Positions 28,180-39,803 of a DNA stretch of 64,000 nt are shown piece after piece. The notes beneath the pieces were generated by a model that was not told the DNA's origin, searched no databases, and was given only the letters and a program-made list of their open reading frames with translations. This DNA comes from Camelus ferus (lineage: Eukaryota): positions 30,506,001 through 30,570,000 of the forward strand of contig NC_045697.1 in the NCBI RefSeq assembly GCF_009834535.1. The letters are read 5' to 3'. The translations under genes and the position numbers were made by a program. The first letter of the stretch is position 1, and each line of letters starts with the position of its first letter.

Positions 28180-29090
28180 CAGGGATCTGCAAACTTTTTT
28201 TGTAAATATTTCATGTTTTGTGGGTTTGACAATCTCTGTCGTAACTACTCAGCTCCACTGCTACAGCCCCAAAGCAGCCACGTACAATACTTAAAAAATG
28301 AGAATGGCTATTGTATTGCTTTTACTGCTATGTAATAAATCGCCACAAACCTAGTGGTTTAAAATGGCAAACACTTATCACCTTACAGTTTCCACAGGTC
28401 AGGAGTCAGCTTAGCTGGGTCCTCTGTTCAGGGTCTCTCAAAGCTGCGATCAAGGTGTCAGTAAGGGCTGCAGTCTTATCTAAGGGTTGGGATCCTATTC
28501 CAAGATCAAGTGTGTTCTCAGAATTCATTTCCTTGCAGCTGTCTAACTCATGGTAGCTTACTGACGATGGACAAGCTGTGGACCTCATCTAACTCATCTC
28601 AGGAGGAAGCTCGGGGAAGACCTAAGCCATCTTTTAAGGGCTCACCTGATTAGGACAGGTCCACCCAGGGTGGTCTGTCTTTGGTTACTTCAGACTCAAC
28701 TGATTAAAGGCCTTAATTACATCCGTAAAGTCCCTTCACCTTTGCTATCTATGGTAACACAATCATAGGAGTGATAGCTTATCATATTCGCAGGTCCCAC
28801 CAGCACTTCAGGGGAGGAGAGATTTCACAGGACACGTATATGCCAGGAGCGGGAATACTGGGGGCCATCTTAGAAGTCTGTCTACCAAGGCTGTGTTCAA
28901 GTAAAACAACCAATGGACACTGAAATTGAGTCTCAGCCCATGTTTCACCTGTCACAAAAATAATATTCTTTTTATTATGTTTTCAACCCTTAAAAACGTA
29001 AAAGCCATTTCTGGGGCATGGAAAAAACAAAACCCAAGAAACAGGCAGCTGGCTGGCTTTGGCCTGTGGGCTACAGTTTGCCATCCCCTG
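28180..29090. mobile_element. MER58 (hAT-Charlie) MITE interrupted by an MLT1 LTR
   Basis: TIRs cagggatctgcaaact ... agtttgccatcccctg; 8-bp TSD atataaac (28172-28179) / atataatc (29091-29098). Confidence 0.8.
28311..28888 (-). mobile_element. MLT1 (MaLR) solo LTR nested in MER58
   Basis: tgtattgcttttactgctatgtaataaatcgccacaaacctagtggtttaaaa...ggggccatcttagaagtctgtctacca; flanks ggcta/ggctg. Confidence 0.8.
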
Positions 29091-29209
29091 ATATAATCTG
29101 TAAAATGGAGCCAGATAGCCCTGGTAGCTTAGTAAGAAATGGTTCCCAGAGCCAGATGCTGCATCCAGGTGACATGGCTTTGCAATACGTGGGGCAATGC
29201 TGGAGTTTA

Positions 29210-31631
29210 AGGGTGACCTGCCGGGGTATGAGAAGCTCGATCCCTTTTCTCAGACGTTCTTCCTGTGACCCTTCAGGATCTAAGCCTGAGCAGACCGAAG
29301 ACCAGAGCCAAGGCCCTAAGCGTATGTCCCATACTAGGACCTGGGGAAACCCGAGAAGCTGGGCTCACCAAACACTCCGCGGCCAGCTATCGCCCAGTTG
29401 CTTTGTGAAGGTGCCTCTTTTTATGCAAGCAGTAGCTTCTCTGCATTTTTCTGTTCAAGTGCTTATTTTCATCAAGCCCCCACTGTGGGGACTTCAAGCC
29501 TCTGTGGGGCTACTACAACTTCACATAGTCAGTCAAAGATCTGTGTGCTCTTTGGTGTCACTGAAAATGTCATTCTGCCGGAATGGAGTTTATGGCCTAG
29601 GAAACAATAATTGCCTGTCATATTACAAGGCACAGTCGTAGTTTCAGATATTTGGATTGTACATCTAGGTTAATTTTGATATTGTTCACAACCAAATTTT
29701 CATCTGCACAAGCAAAAAGATTAACATCTGTGAATAACATTTTTGTTGCAGAAGCTCAAGAAAACTGTGATAGTACTGTGTGAAACATTAGATCTTAGAA
29801 TCATGAGGTCCTGGCCTAGCCACAAATGTACTGACCAAATGTGTATATGGTGCTCAGTGTGTGCCAGGCACTGTTCTAGGCATGATACAAATACTAATTT
29901 ACTTAATTCTCATACTAACCCTTTGGAGACAGTGTTATTAATCATTCTTGGTAAGGAAACAAAGGCACAGAGCACAGTTAAATAGTAACTTGACCAGTAT
30001 CTCCTGACGAGTGAGTGAGTGGCTGAACTGGGATTTGGACCCCAGCAATTTCATTCCAGAGTCTGCTCTCTCAGCCACTCTCCTGTGCTACCTCTCCAGT
30101 GTATAATAGTAATTTTTAAATGTTTCTGGACTATGTTGATGCAATTTGTAGTGTACAAATAATTAATAAGATATTTTAATGAAAATACTGAAATTATTGT
30201 GAGAGTTCTTGAAGGTGACATCCTCCCAGGGGACTGAAGTGGCCAATGAAATGACCATCTTCCCTCCAAGTCTAAGCCTCAGCAGGCCGGTTGATTAGCT
30301 TGTCAGCATGTCATCCAATATCTCTGACGCCAGCTTTGAGATTCTTTTCCAATAATGCCAATATCAGAAACTCACTAGGATCAGTTGCATGACACACATC
30401 TGCAACAATTGTATTAATAATTCATCAGATTTTTTCAATTGATGTAGAAGTTGTTATTGTAAAATTATTCAAAATTTGTTACATTTCTATAATATAAGAG
30501 AAGACACTGAAATAATCGTGTGATTTTATCAAAGACAAATTTGGTCCTATTCAAACATAAGATTTCTGATACAGATGCCTGTTCTCAGAAGAATACTAAT
30601 AATGTTTCAACCATCACAGGCTTGGTTTTTATCAGTTGAAAGAGTTCCATTGTCAAGACATTTTCCAAAGACCCTAAATCAAAACAATACCATTGCAATT
30701 TTCCATGACACTTTTTTCAGAATGGAGAGGCAGACTATTTCTCCATGTGAATTTCTGCATTTTAATTAGAATTGAAGAGAAAGATAAAAATGTGAATGGT
30801 TTAATTCTAAAAATAAAAGAATTTCATAAGAAAATTGCTAACAAGGTTAAATATTCATTGTGATGTAGATTTAGTGAAACTGATAAGGGAATGGGAATTA
30901 AATTCCCTTACCTTTAGAGGGGATATATTGAAAAGCCTTTAACGATTTTGCATTATTTGGAGAGAACAACAAAAACTTATTAAAAGGCCCCGAAAAGAAT
31001 CATTTGAAGAAAGCATGGAGTAATTCCTAGGATATTTCGTTTTCTATTACTATGAAGACTTTTCAAAATGAGATCCTAACCTCAAATTATTACTTGAATA
31101 CTTGTTTTCTTTGTGGGAACAGAAGAAAACAAAATTCTCCAAAAGATTTTCACGGAAAAACATTAATATTTCAAGATTTCATACCACCTGGCCTGACTCC
31201 AGTTCATCAGATCATTTTTGCTAACAACTTTCGGGAATTACTAAAGTAATTGATATAAAATCTCTCTTGATAATCCAAATGAATTACTCAGACTTAACAA
31301 GAGATGTTTGAAAAGATGAAGAATAAATTGTAACTTCACAAGTTGAATTCTACAAATGAGCATAAAAATGGAAAACCCTGCCATCAGCTTCAATATGGAT
31401 GATAAAGATGACAAAAATTGTATTAGCCCATCTGTAATTTTTTGCAGAATTTGTTATTCAGTCTCATGTACATTTGCTTTTGTCAATAAAAGGTGATGGG
31501 TTAAATGTGTAACTTACAGAATTTAATTTTTCTGATTTTGAGGCTTTCGAAAAATAACTTCACAAATAAGAAGCATGATTTGTCAGAACATGAATTCAAG
31601 CTTGGGGCTTGTTGTAAATCTGGTCACCATG
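29210..31631 (+). mobile_element. Ancient autonomous-type hAT DNA transposon fossil (Blackjack-like), transposase pseudogene
   Basis: Translated blocks in the expected order: ACHITRHSRSFRYLDCTSRLILILFTTKFSSAQAKRLTSVNNI (29613-29741); FFSNNANI (~30342); ISCMTHICNNCINNSSDFF/IDVEVVIVKLFK (CxxH motif, ~30379-30473); SNIRFLIQMPVLRRILIMFQPSQAWFLSVE (~30551-30640); FAEFV (~31441). Candidate TIRs agggtgacctg (29210) / ctggtcaccat (31620). Confidence 0.8.
29825..30096 (-). mobile_element. MIR SINE inserted in the hAT transposase
   Basis: tgtgccaggcactgttctagg...aaggaaacaaaggcacagag...ctgggatttggacccc...ccagagtctgctctc. Confidence 0.85.
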
Positions 31632-31699
31632 TGAGTGTTCTGGACCAGAGAGAATGAAGCCAAGAAAGGATCACAGTGGATGGACATGAAAGAAAAATG

Positions 31700-32125
31700 A
31701 AGTGTGAGTGATTTGAGGATTTATGGGACCTTTTTTCTGTCCAGAAGAAGAACATTGCCGGCATAAGATGACTCTTGATAAGGTGATAATCACTTGCTAT
31801 AATCAGACTCTTTAAGTACTGCAGCTTGAAACTACCGAGCACCAAGAAAAAGCTATTAGGCATTGTTAAAGCAATTGATCGCTTCCATCGTTATTTGTAC
31901 GGCTGAAATTTCACAATCCAAATGTATTATGTTGCATTGTGGGGCCTGCTGAAATTCACAAATTTGGAGGGACAAATTGGCTAGATGCTTACAAAACTGT
32001 AAGACTATCATTTCCGAATTGAATATCAACAGAGATTTAAAAAAGCCATCATAATGCACATACATTACCTAGGCACCCCGTGTTTGGAGAATGCTTGTAA
32101 ATCTGACATGAGGCATGAAGAAAAG
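31700..32125 (+). mobile_element. Ty3/Gypsy LTR-retrotransposon pol fossil (RNase H domain and linker)
   Basis: Translation with a few frameshifts and stops: KVIITCYNQTL/STAA*NY/STKKKLLGIVKAIDRFHRYLYG*NFTIQMYYVALWGLLKFTNLEGQ/LAR/LTKL*DYHFRIEY../HHNAHTLPRHP. It is collinear with Gypsy RNase H KVIAYYSRTLS.AERNY..TRKELLAIV.AI..F..YLYGR.FTIRTDH.AL.WL..F.N.EGQLARWL..LQEYDF.I.HR.G..H.NADALSR.P. Confidence 0.85.
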
Positions 32126-32383
32126 AGACACATAGTCTAAAAGATCTAGTAGTTAGTGTTTTGGAACAAGCAAAGGTTCCGGACTTGGAGGCTGGAGAAC
32201 ACTCCTATTTCCTGAATAGAAAGTTATGAAATAGTTCATTAATTTGTCCAACAAATATTTGAGTGTGTGCTATGCGCCAGGCACCATTCCAGGCATGAGA
32301 AATACACTAGTGAGAAAGACGAATCGTGAGGCTAAGGGCCCAGCAAAGCCGGAGAGTGACATAAAAATACTATCGTGTGAAAG

Positions 32384-32643
32384 CTGATTGACTCTGTAAA
32401 TAAGAAACATAGACTTTATGAACTTTATTTATTTGTCTTTGCCATGTTTGGAATTGAGCCTGATCTCTCTCCCTTTTTGTAACAGTCTTGAATGAAGTCT
32501 AAATTTACCATTTTGGCAAGTGTAACACACAGTCATATAGAAACAATCATATATAAATCATATATAACTGATTGACTCCGTAAATAAGAAACATAGACTT
32601 TATGAACTCCGTAAATAAGAAACATAGACTTTATGAACTTTAT
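32384..32643. repeat. Local direct repeat, three copies of a ~31-45 bp unit
   Basis: Core gtaaataagaaacatagactttatgaact occurs in 32384-32428, 32568-32608 and 32609-32643; the last two form a perfect 31-bp tandem. Confidence 0.95.
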
Positions 32644-34469
32644 GTATTGCCCCCAATAAATACTACTGGATGTCATGTAAATATAGTCAAACTTCCAATT
32701 AAATTTCTTTTGCATGAAAGTTATATTTGACTGAGTAATACAGGTTATGGCAGAGAATTGCATTTGCTTCTTTTTAAAAATGTAACATTTAACCATTGCA
32801 CAATCTCAGAATTCCGTTTATCTAGTTTTTCACGAGAATTTTAGGCCTTTATTCATGGTCAACCAAGTTAAAACAGATTTGCAAAAAAGCAGGTTTAATA
32901 TATATAATCTAGAAAAAAAATTCCAATTTTGAAGAAAACACAAACTCCATACAGTTCCACTGTATTCTTTCTTAGAGTTCGAAGTGTTTCCAAGGATTCC
33001 ACACATTTAAAAAATATTTCTAATGTCCTGAGTTTTAGATGTTTGCATTATTTCTCAGATGTCCCAGGAAAATATTCTGATAGTTTTCTATAAAGGACTA
33101 GTCCTGAAAAACAAATAAAAATTTCCAAGCATTTTACACAGTGCTTGGCACATAATAAGAATGCATTTAATATTTATAGACAAGAGCAAGCAAACTGGGG
33201 ATGACAAGTTAGCATCACAATAGTTAGATAGTGGGGTAGATCCCAGTCTTCTGGAATTTGAAGCCTATACAATTGGGGGGGGGTTCCCCTCGGATCCTCC
33301 ACTTAAATTATACCTGTTTGACAATTAGAAGAATTCCCACAGACTAGCTGTATTTTAAATCTTGTTTTTCCTCCATCAACCATGATCTACCAGCTTTGGA
33401 TGCCATAGGACAGGTTTACACCCCAGTTCTACCTCTGACCCTGTACTTTCACGTCCTGACACTAGGGGAGCCAACATGGGGTGGGGGCGGGGATGGGAAG
33501 GGGTCAAGTGGCCTTCTAATTTTAGATGGACCAGTTTATTCCTATGTTTCCAGACTTGGGGCCAAGTACCAGTGTTTGGGTTCCATAGCATTCGGATGGC
33601 TGCCTGTGAATGGCACCACCTGCTCTAAGACTAGCTCCCTTCCCCAGGCCTGCTCACTGGCCAAGAAGACTTTACCAATGGGTCACACCTGATACTGACA
33701 CCAGTTTGCATGATGGTGCAGTAGAAGGCATCCTTCAAGTCCTTTTTGCTTGTAGCTTATCATTAAAGGGGGATCAGAACCTGTATGGCATGACCTTGAT
33801 GCGGACTCACACATGAGAAGGAAACTGTCAGGGGGGCTGTCATCCTGAATCATCCCCCACCCCGGCTCTGCTGTCATGTCCTGAAACGTCTGGCCCAGAC
33901 CTGCCAATTCTCTCCCTGTGAGGGCTGGATCCTACTACCCATCTTCCAGTCCCTGACTGGGGTCTTGTTCCATCCTAAATGCATAGCCTAAACTTTACAA
34001 AACTGTCACCCTCTTGCCCAGAGACTCTGCCGGCTCACCCCAACCTCCAGATCCATCCAGAACAGGGGAAGCCTGAGTTTTCTGCGATCTTGGGCACTAA
34101 GATCAAACGGAGCCTTTTCCCTCCCACATAGACAGCACACCCATGGCTGACCTTGCCACCCAAGCTTGGGCACTGCCCTTCTCTCCCTCACTGGGCACTG
34201 TGAGGTTGCAGGATCCCTGGTGGTCAAGATTGGGTGAGTTGTCATGGGTTTCCTGGAGGATCCCCTAACTGCTCTCCTCACACACAGCCCCAAGGCTGGC
34301 ACTGAGAAAGATGACACAAGACCACCTGGACCAAGAATGCAGTTTGATTCTCTTGGATCCATCCTTTACTCCTGACAGTAAGTAACAGGGGCTACTTACT
34401 TGTTACTTTCTGCATTGCTCTGCCTGGATTCTACGGGGAAAAGCGTGCCCTCATCCTGCATGCTAGGCT

Positions 34470-34790
34470 TCTGTCTTGCGTCTTTTTTCTCTGCCTGAGG
34501 TCCACTTCATCCCCTTCTTCATCTGGCTAGTCCTCATCCTTCAAAACACTCCTTATCCATCACCTCTTCAAGAAAGCCTCTCCTGACACCACCAAAATCT
34601 GAATCAGGTCCCACTCTGCCAGCCTCTGCCACAACTCTTCACCCACTGCCTTGAAACTGGCTGCCTGTACTTCTGAGTTTCCAGCAAGTCAGTGGCATCT
34701 TGAAGAGAGAACTACATCTTTTACCTTTATATTTCGATGCCTAGTGCCTAGTAAATATGCAGGAGATGTTTGTTGAGTGAATGAATGAGA
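34470..34790 (+). mobile_element. L2 3' end
   Basis: catcacctcttcaagaaagcctctcctgac...atgtttgttgagtgaatgaatga. Confidence 0.7.
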
Positions 34791-35949
34791 TGTATTGACT
34801 TTTTGGGCACCAAATCATTGCAGACCCCAGTGATCTCAAATCCATCATCATATTCTGCAGAAACTGATTGAATATTGATCCCTTGTCATTGCTTCAAGTT
34901 TTAAAGAAAGACCTTTTGAAAATATAATGTGCAGCTGTAAAACAACAAAACTGATTCTTCCAGCCACACATTAATATCAGTCTCATTATTTTGTAATCAT
35001 CCTTCTTAAGTGACTAAGAAAATCTGAAATGATTGAGTTGCAGTCAGATTTGAACCCATGCTTCAAGAATCGTAACTTTGCCTCATATAAAACTAATGGT
35101 TTCGACTGACATTGTTGGGAAGACTCAGGCTAGCCTGGAGAAGATTTACAAATAGGGTTTGATTTCATTTCTATCACAGCTTTGCCTGGTTTGTTCCTAT
35201 GTCCTAATCTTCAGATTCTCATAGTCAGTGAAATCCATACCTGTGTCCTTGGAGACGCTCATCGGTGATATAAATCTGCCACACGTGGAAGACTCCATGC
35301 AACTTACTCGATTCCACAAAGCTCGCTGAGTACTTGCTGCTCACGTTGTGCCATTATCGCAATACTGTCACGAAGTCCGGATACTTGTATACAGTACTTT
35401 TTGTTTTCTATTCTTCCTTTTCTTAATTCAACAAACATGGTAAAACTTTCACATAAGTTCATAAGGCACTGCTCTTAATGCCCTGGGAGGAGAAGAAAAG
35501 GATCAATATGTTCCTGATTTCAGAAATATTATAGTTTAGTTTGGGAGATGACATACACAGTTATAACATGTTTAACATCAACACTGAAGAGTAATAGAAA
35601 CAGAACTGATAATATAAGAAACATCCTATGATTAAGTCCCATCTGTCCTGGCTCTCCCTGGCTTTTGGGGTTCATGCTTACAGCAAGCCAGGTTGTGCTA
35701 GAAAGACGGAGGTTTCAGACACAGGCTGGTGTTTGAAAACAGGGGCAAGTTACTGGCTTCAGTTGCTTCACCCGTATCAGGTTTGCGTAGAATTATTGGA
35801 AAGAGTAAACGTGGAAAAGCGTGTAAACTCTCAACTCCTAGTCCTTTTCTTCCTCTTTGCCTCGAGCCTTGTAGAGGAGGAAAGTCATCCTGTGTGCCTT
35901 CCTCTCCACTCCCCCGTCTGGGAAGGGAATGCCCACAGTGGGGTTAGGG

Positions 35950-37310
35950 GATAACAGTGTCACGGGCGAGCAGAGCAGCTCTGACAGCCCCTCACAGGGC
36001 AGGCAGAGGAAGCAGCAATGCCCGACTCTCTGGTGGGGGTCTGGAGAGACTTTTCCTTTGTTTCCTAGTCGTGACTGAGAGCTGAGAACAAGAGGAACTA
36101 AGTGTAGCCTGAGCTAAAGAAAGTTCCCAGCAATCCAGGTGCCAGTCACGCCTCCCCCGGGCTTACAAGTGGCCGCAGCCCCAGCCCCAGCACAGCCAGC
36201 CACCAGCCACCCTCCCGGAAGCGCGCACGGGGGTGGAGGGGGTGAGACAGTGGCCAGATTCTTCAGTCTGTACAGTGCGCTGTTGACACCAAGAAGGTTT
36301 CCACTCTTCTCTGTGGGAAACAGAGGGGGACCTTCACCCACCCCAGGCCTAACTGGCGACAAGGGGGCTTCGAGAGACTCTTGTAGAGATTGGGAGTGTC
36401 TGCACCGAAGGGGAAAGGCATCTCTCTGCCCCGCTGAGCCGTCATTGCCTGTCCTGGAGCTGCTACAGAGCAGAATGGGATGTGTTGAAGGAGTACTCAC
36501 GGGAAGCTGAAGGTGAGCGTTGTATTTAAATATGCAAATTAGCGCCACTCTCTTCACAAAGTAGGGAGAGCCTGAGTAACCCTGGGAAGGAAAGGATGAA
36601 GGCAAAACCACGCATTCCCAGACTGCCCCTGGAGGGGATGGAGGAAATGGAGCAGGACTGCAGTGGTTCCCGTGGTTCCCAGGAAGGGGCGGGAAGTTGG
36701 AGGAGCAGCCAGAGGCACAGAGTGGCCCTGGTGGCTCCGGGGCCCAGCCAGACCGTGTCTAACTCAGAGAACTGGCTGGAGGCCTGATTCCTGGTGGGGC
36801 CAGGAGTCATGACTGCCTCTTGGAGGTAGTCCTAGAGACAGAGATGCTGGGGAGAAGCTGAACAGCACCCCAAGAAAACCACTTCCATCAGCTATGCGGG
36901 AAACTACCGTATGAAACCAGACCAAATCAGAACGAGGGCTGAGAGCCTCCCTGCTTTGGCATCACTGTCCCGCCAGGGAAGCCAGCTTTGAGGGCGAGGG
37001 GGCTGGCAATGTTTCAGACCCACACCAGGCCAGCACCCTGATGCTCTCTCCCAGCCTGCGCTAGAAGAAAGGGCAAGAAGTGGGATTTAAAGCACCTTTG
37101 AGATAAGCCTGTAACTGGACTGGGCTTTTAATAATCAAAAATAATTGTAAGTTATAAAGTCTGCCCAAGACGTCAGTGATGCACAAGGAAGGGGATCTGA
37201 CGTGGCACAGCTGGAAGTTGTGACGGGAGGAAATGAAATGATTTGCTATTTATACCACTGCTGAGAGCCCTTAACCAACTTCAGGCCCACCCAGGGACAC
37301 ACGTGAGCAG
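35950..37310. promoter_or_regulatory. Candidate promoter/enhancer (repeat-free, GC/CpG-enriched, motif-dense)
   Basis: PU.1-like AAGAGGAACT 36090; NF-kB-like GAAAGTTCCC 36119; octamer ATGCAAAT 36532; TTC-N4-GAA 36676; GGGGCGGGAAG 36686; CRE-like sites 37168 and 37198; GGAAATGAAA 37229; CTATTTATA 37246; CACGTG 37300. Confidence 0.45.
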
Positions 37311-37769
37311 AGATGCTCATCTTCAGGAAACCAGACTCGGACAGGAGCTCATCGACAGGAACAGTGCTGGTGCCTGCCTCTCCTCCCCGCATCCCACCGT
37401 CTTCTCAAAGTAAGACTCCCTACAACCCAAGCTGGAACAAGAACCTCCAGTTTAGGAAGATGAGGCCTTAGATCAAATTAAACTGAGTTAAAAAGGGCTG
37501 CCTGCCTAGAGCCCGAATCCTGTGTCCTATTGGTTAATTTTTTCAATCTCAGCTTCTCCACCTATAAACTGAGGATGATTAAAAAACCTGCTTTTGAAGA
37601 TTCTTTGGAGTTGCTTTGAAAAGAAAATGAGTTTATGATTATAAAGCACTTAAAATAGTGCCTTGCATGCAGTAAGCATTAAATACATATATATGTATTT
37701 TTTGAATAAATAGAAATACAAAGCAATGGGTTGTTTCTGGCCTGTCCAAATTTATGAAGTGAAAATTAT

Positions 37770-38000
37770 GCCTCAACTTCCAGTTTCTGGCTTGGCATGT
37801 AAGAGCTTAGAAGTCCCCACTCCATACTAACAAATAAAAAACTAAACAAACTGGAAATTAACAGCTCTTCTTAGATCTGTCAGAGAAGTGAGGTCACAGG
37901 GCAAGCCACTGTCCCCAAAATCGGAGAGACAGACAGATACGGAAAATCCTACAACTTAACCAGAGCAGGAACCCACAAACGGAAACTTCTGCAAGAAGTT
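37770..38000 (+). mobile_element. Old L1 5' UTR fragment
   Basis: acttccagtttctggcttggcatgtaagagcttagaagtc...cttcttagatctgtcagagaagtgaggtcacagggcaa. Confidence 0.55.
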
Positions 38001-39803
38001 AGGTAACATCCATTTAGTAAGTAGCAGAGGTTCATTCTGAACCCAGGCTGTCTCTCTACATAGCACATTTTATTCATGTAAAGAACATTTATTATGTGCA
38101 TACGTGCCAAGCTTTTCGATACAAAACAGATTAAGTTGGTTATGCTCTTATTTTGCCTGTGTGGTTGGTGACCTTGATGTCTGTCTGGGGAAATGCTGGA
38201 GAAGCTGTGTTTAGGAAGACAAATCCCCGGGATAAATAAGAAAAGCAAGTGGAGATACTGGCCACGTGCTCCCATCTCTTACTGGTGAGGTCGGCCTGAT
38301 TCCCAGGGCTGCAAATACACAAGCTGATGTCCTTGTACAAGAGGCTTCTCCTTTCTGCTTGTCTCACCTAACCTGGAAGTCATGGCTATAATGGAGAAAA
38401 TGAGCCTCTGCCCTGAAGAAGCCAAGATAACCTTGAATGGAATAAATGATTGTGCATATTGACGGGTCAATTTGAGTGTGTATTGATTCCTGGTAGCTGG
38501 TGCCTGGATTCTTAGCTCATATAATAGGTGGTAGGGGTTACTTATAAATAAGGCTACAGAATTGTTTTTAAAAAAGCCAATAAGCCCTTGGGGGATCTTT
38601 TTATTTTTGTTTATAAATACTCAACAGATGGAGGATGCAGCATGGCCTATGGCTTTGTGGTTATTGATTTACAGGCATAATTAACAGAGCCTCAAAACCT
38701 ATAGGTGGCTATGGAGACAGCCCTGAACAGAGAGCAAACATGATTCCCTTTTGGGAAATTGATAATGCAAAGAGGAGTTCTCTGAACTGGGGTGCCTATT
38801 GGAAAGGAACACTGTTGATTTTTCTTCCTAAAGGAGAGTGGTACAGTCCTGAAAGAATCTACCTCACTCAAAACTGGATTGAGTATAAAAACCAGGGTCA
38901 AGAGTGAGTATGACAAGCTCTGGGATCCTGCCTTTATTTCCTTTCAATCATCTGCAAATGTTAAGTCATTTGCAGTTATTTAATGTATGGCCCTCTCAAA
39001 ATAGCCTTCCAAGATCTCCCTTCTTTGCTTCCATCACCATCATGTCATGAGGGAGATAGAAAAGTCATATTCTTGGCTATGAATGAAAGCAGAATGAGGC
39101 TGAGGGTCCAGTGGTGAATTCCAGGGGAATGGACACTTAGTAATATTGCAGTTGGAACATCTGTTCATCTGTCCATCCACCCATCATCCATCCATCTGTT
39201 CATCCATTATACATTTACTGGGTACAAGACATTGTGTTTATGTCTGAGGATACGTAGATAAACAAAACACAGATATCTGGCTCAAGAGCTTACAGTCTTG
39301 TAGGGAAGAAGGGGAGACAGCTATGCCAGCAAATGTAGGCATCTTTGTCATCCAAATTTAATCTTTTAAAAATGTGTTGGATTGCATATTTTCATATATT
39401 TCGATATACTGTATTGTTTTAAATTGGAAAAATAATGTGTCCCCATCCCATTCCAAAAACCCCAATCAATTTCTCCAAAAATCTCTCAAAACATCTGTAA
39501 ACACCTGTACAACTATCCACTAAAGACTTCTGGTTTAGTATAAAATATCTTAAACATCAATCATCTTATTGTTTAGCACTCAGTAAAATCCTTGTGGTTA
39601 TAGTGCAGTACACAGTGATACGGAAGAGCACTGGATATGAATCATGTTTACTTCTTCTGCAAAGAACATACCCTCAGTGCATCCCATTCAGACTGTGGCC
39701 ATCAGTCCACTGTATGTGGTCATTCTCTAGATTTAAAAGATGTCATGCCATGTCCAGTGAAACAGTCCAGAACCAACAATTTCAAAATTTGTCTGCACTG
39801 ATT

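Noticed and set aside
29018..29641. 207-aa ORF, the longest in the window
   Set aside because: Starts inside MER58, and at its 3' end is out of frame with the recognisable hAT transposase block; no protein family recognised.
32384..32643. CRISPR-like array (~30-bp direct repeats)
   Set aside because: Only three copies, two adjacent with no spacer and one 140 bp away; mammalian context; no cas genes.
36114..36611. Overlapping 165-aa (-) and 123-aa (+) ORFs
   Set aside because: Expected in GC-rich sequence; no recognisable domain.
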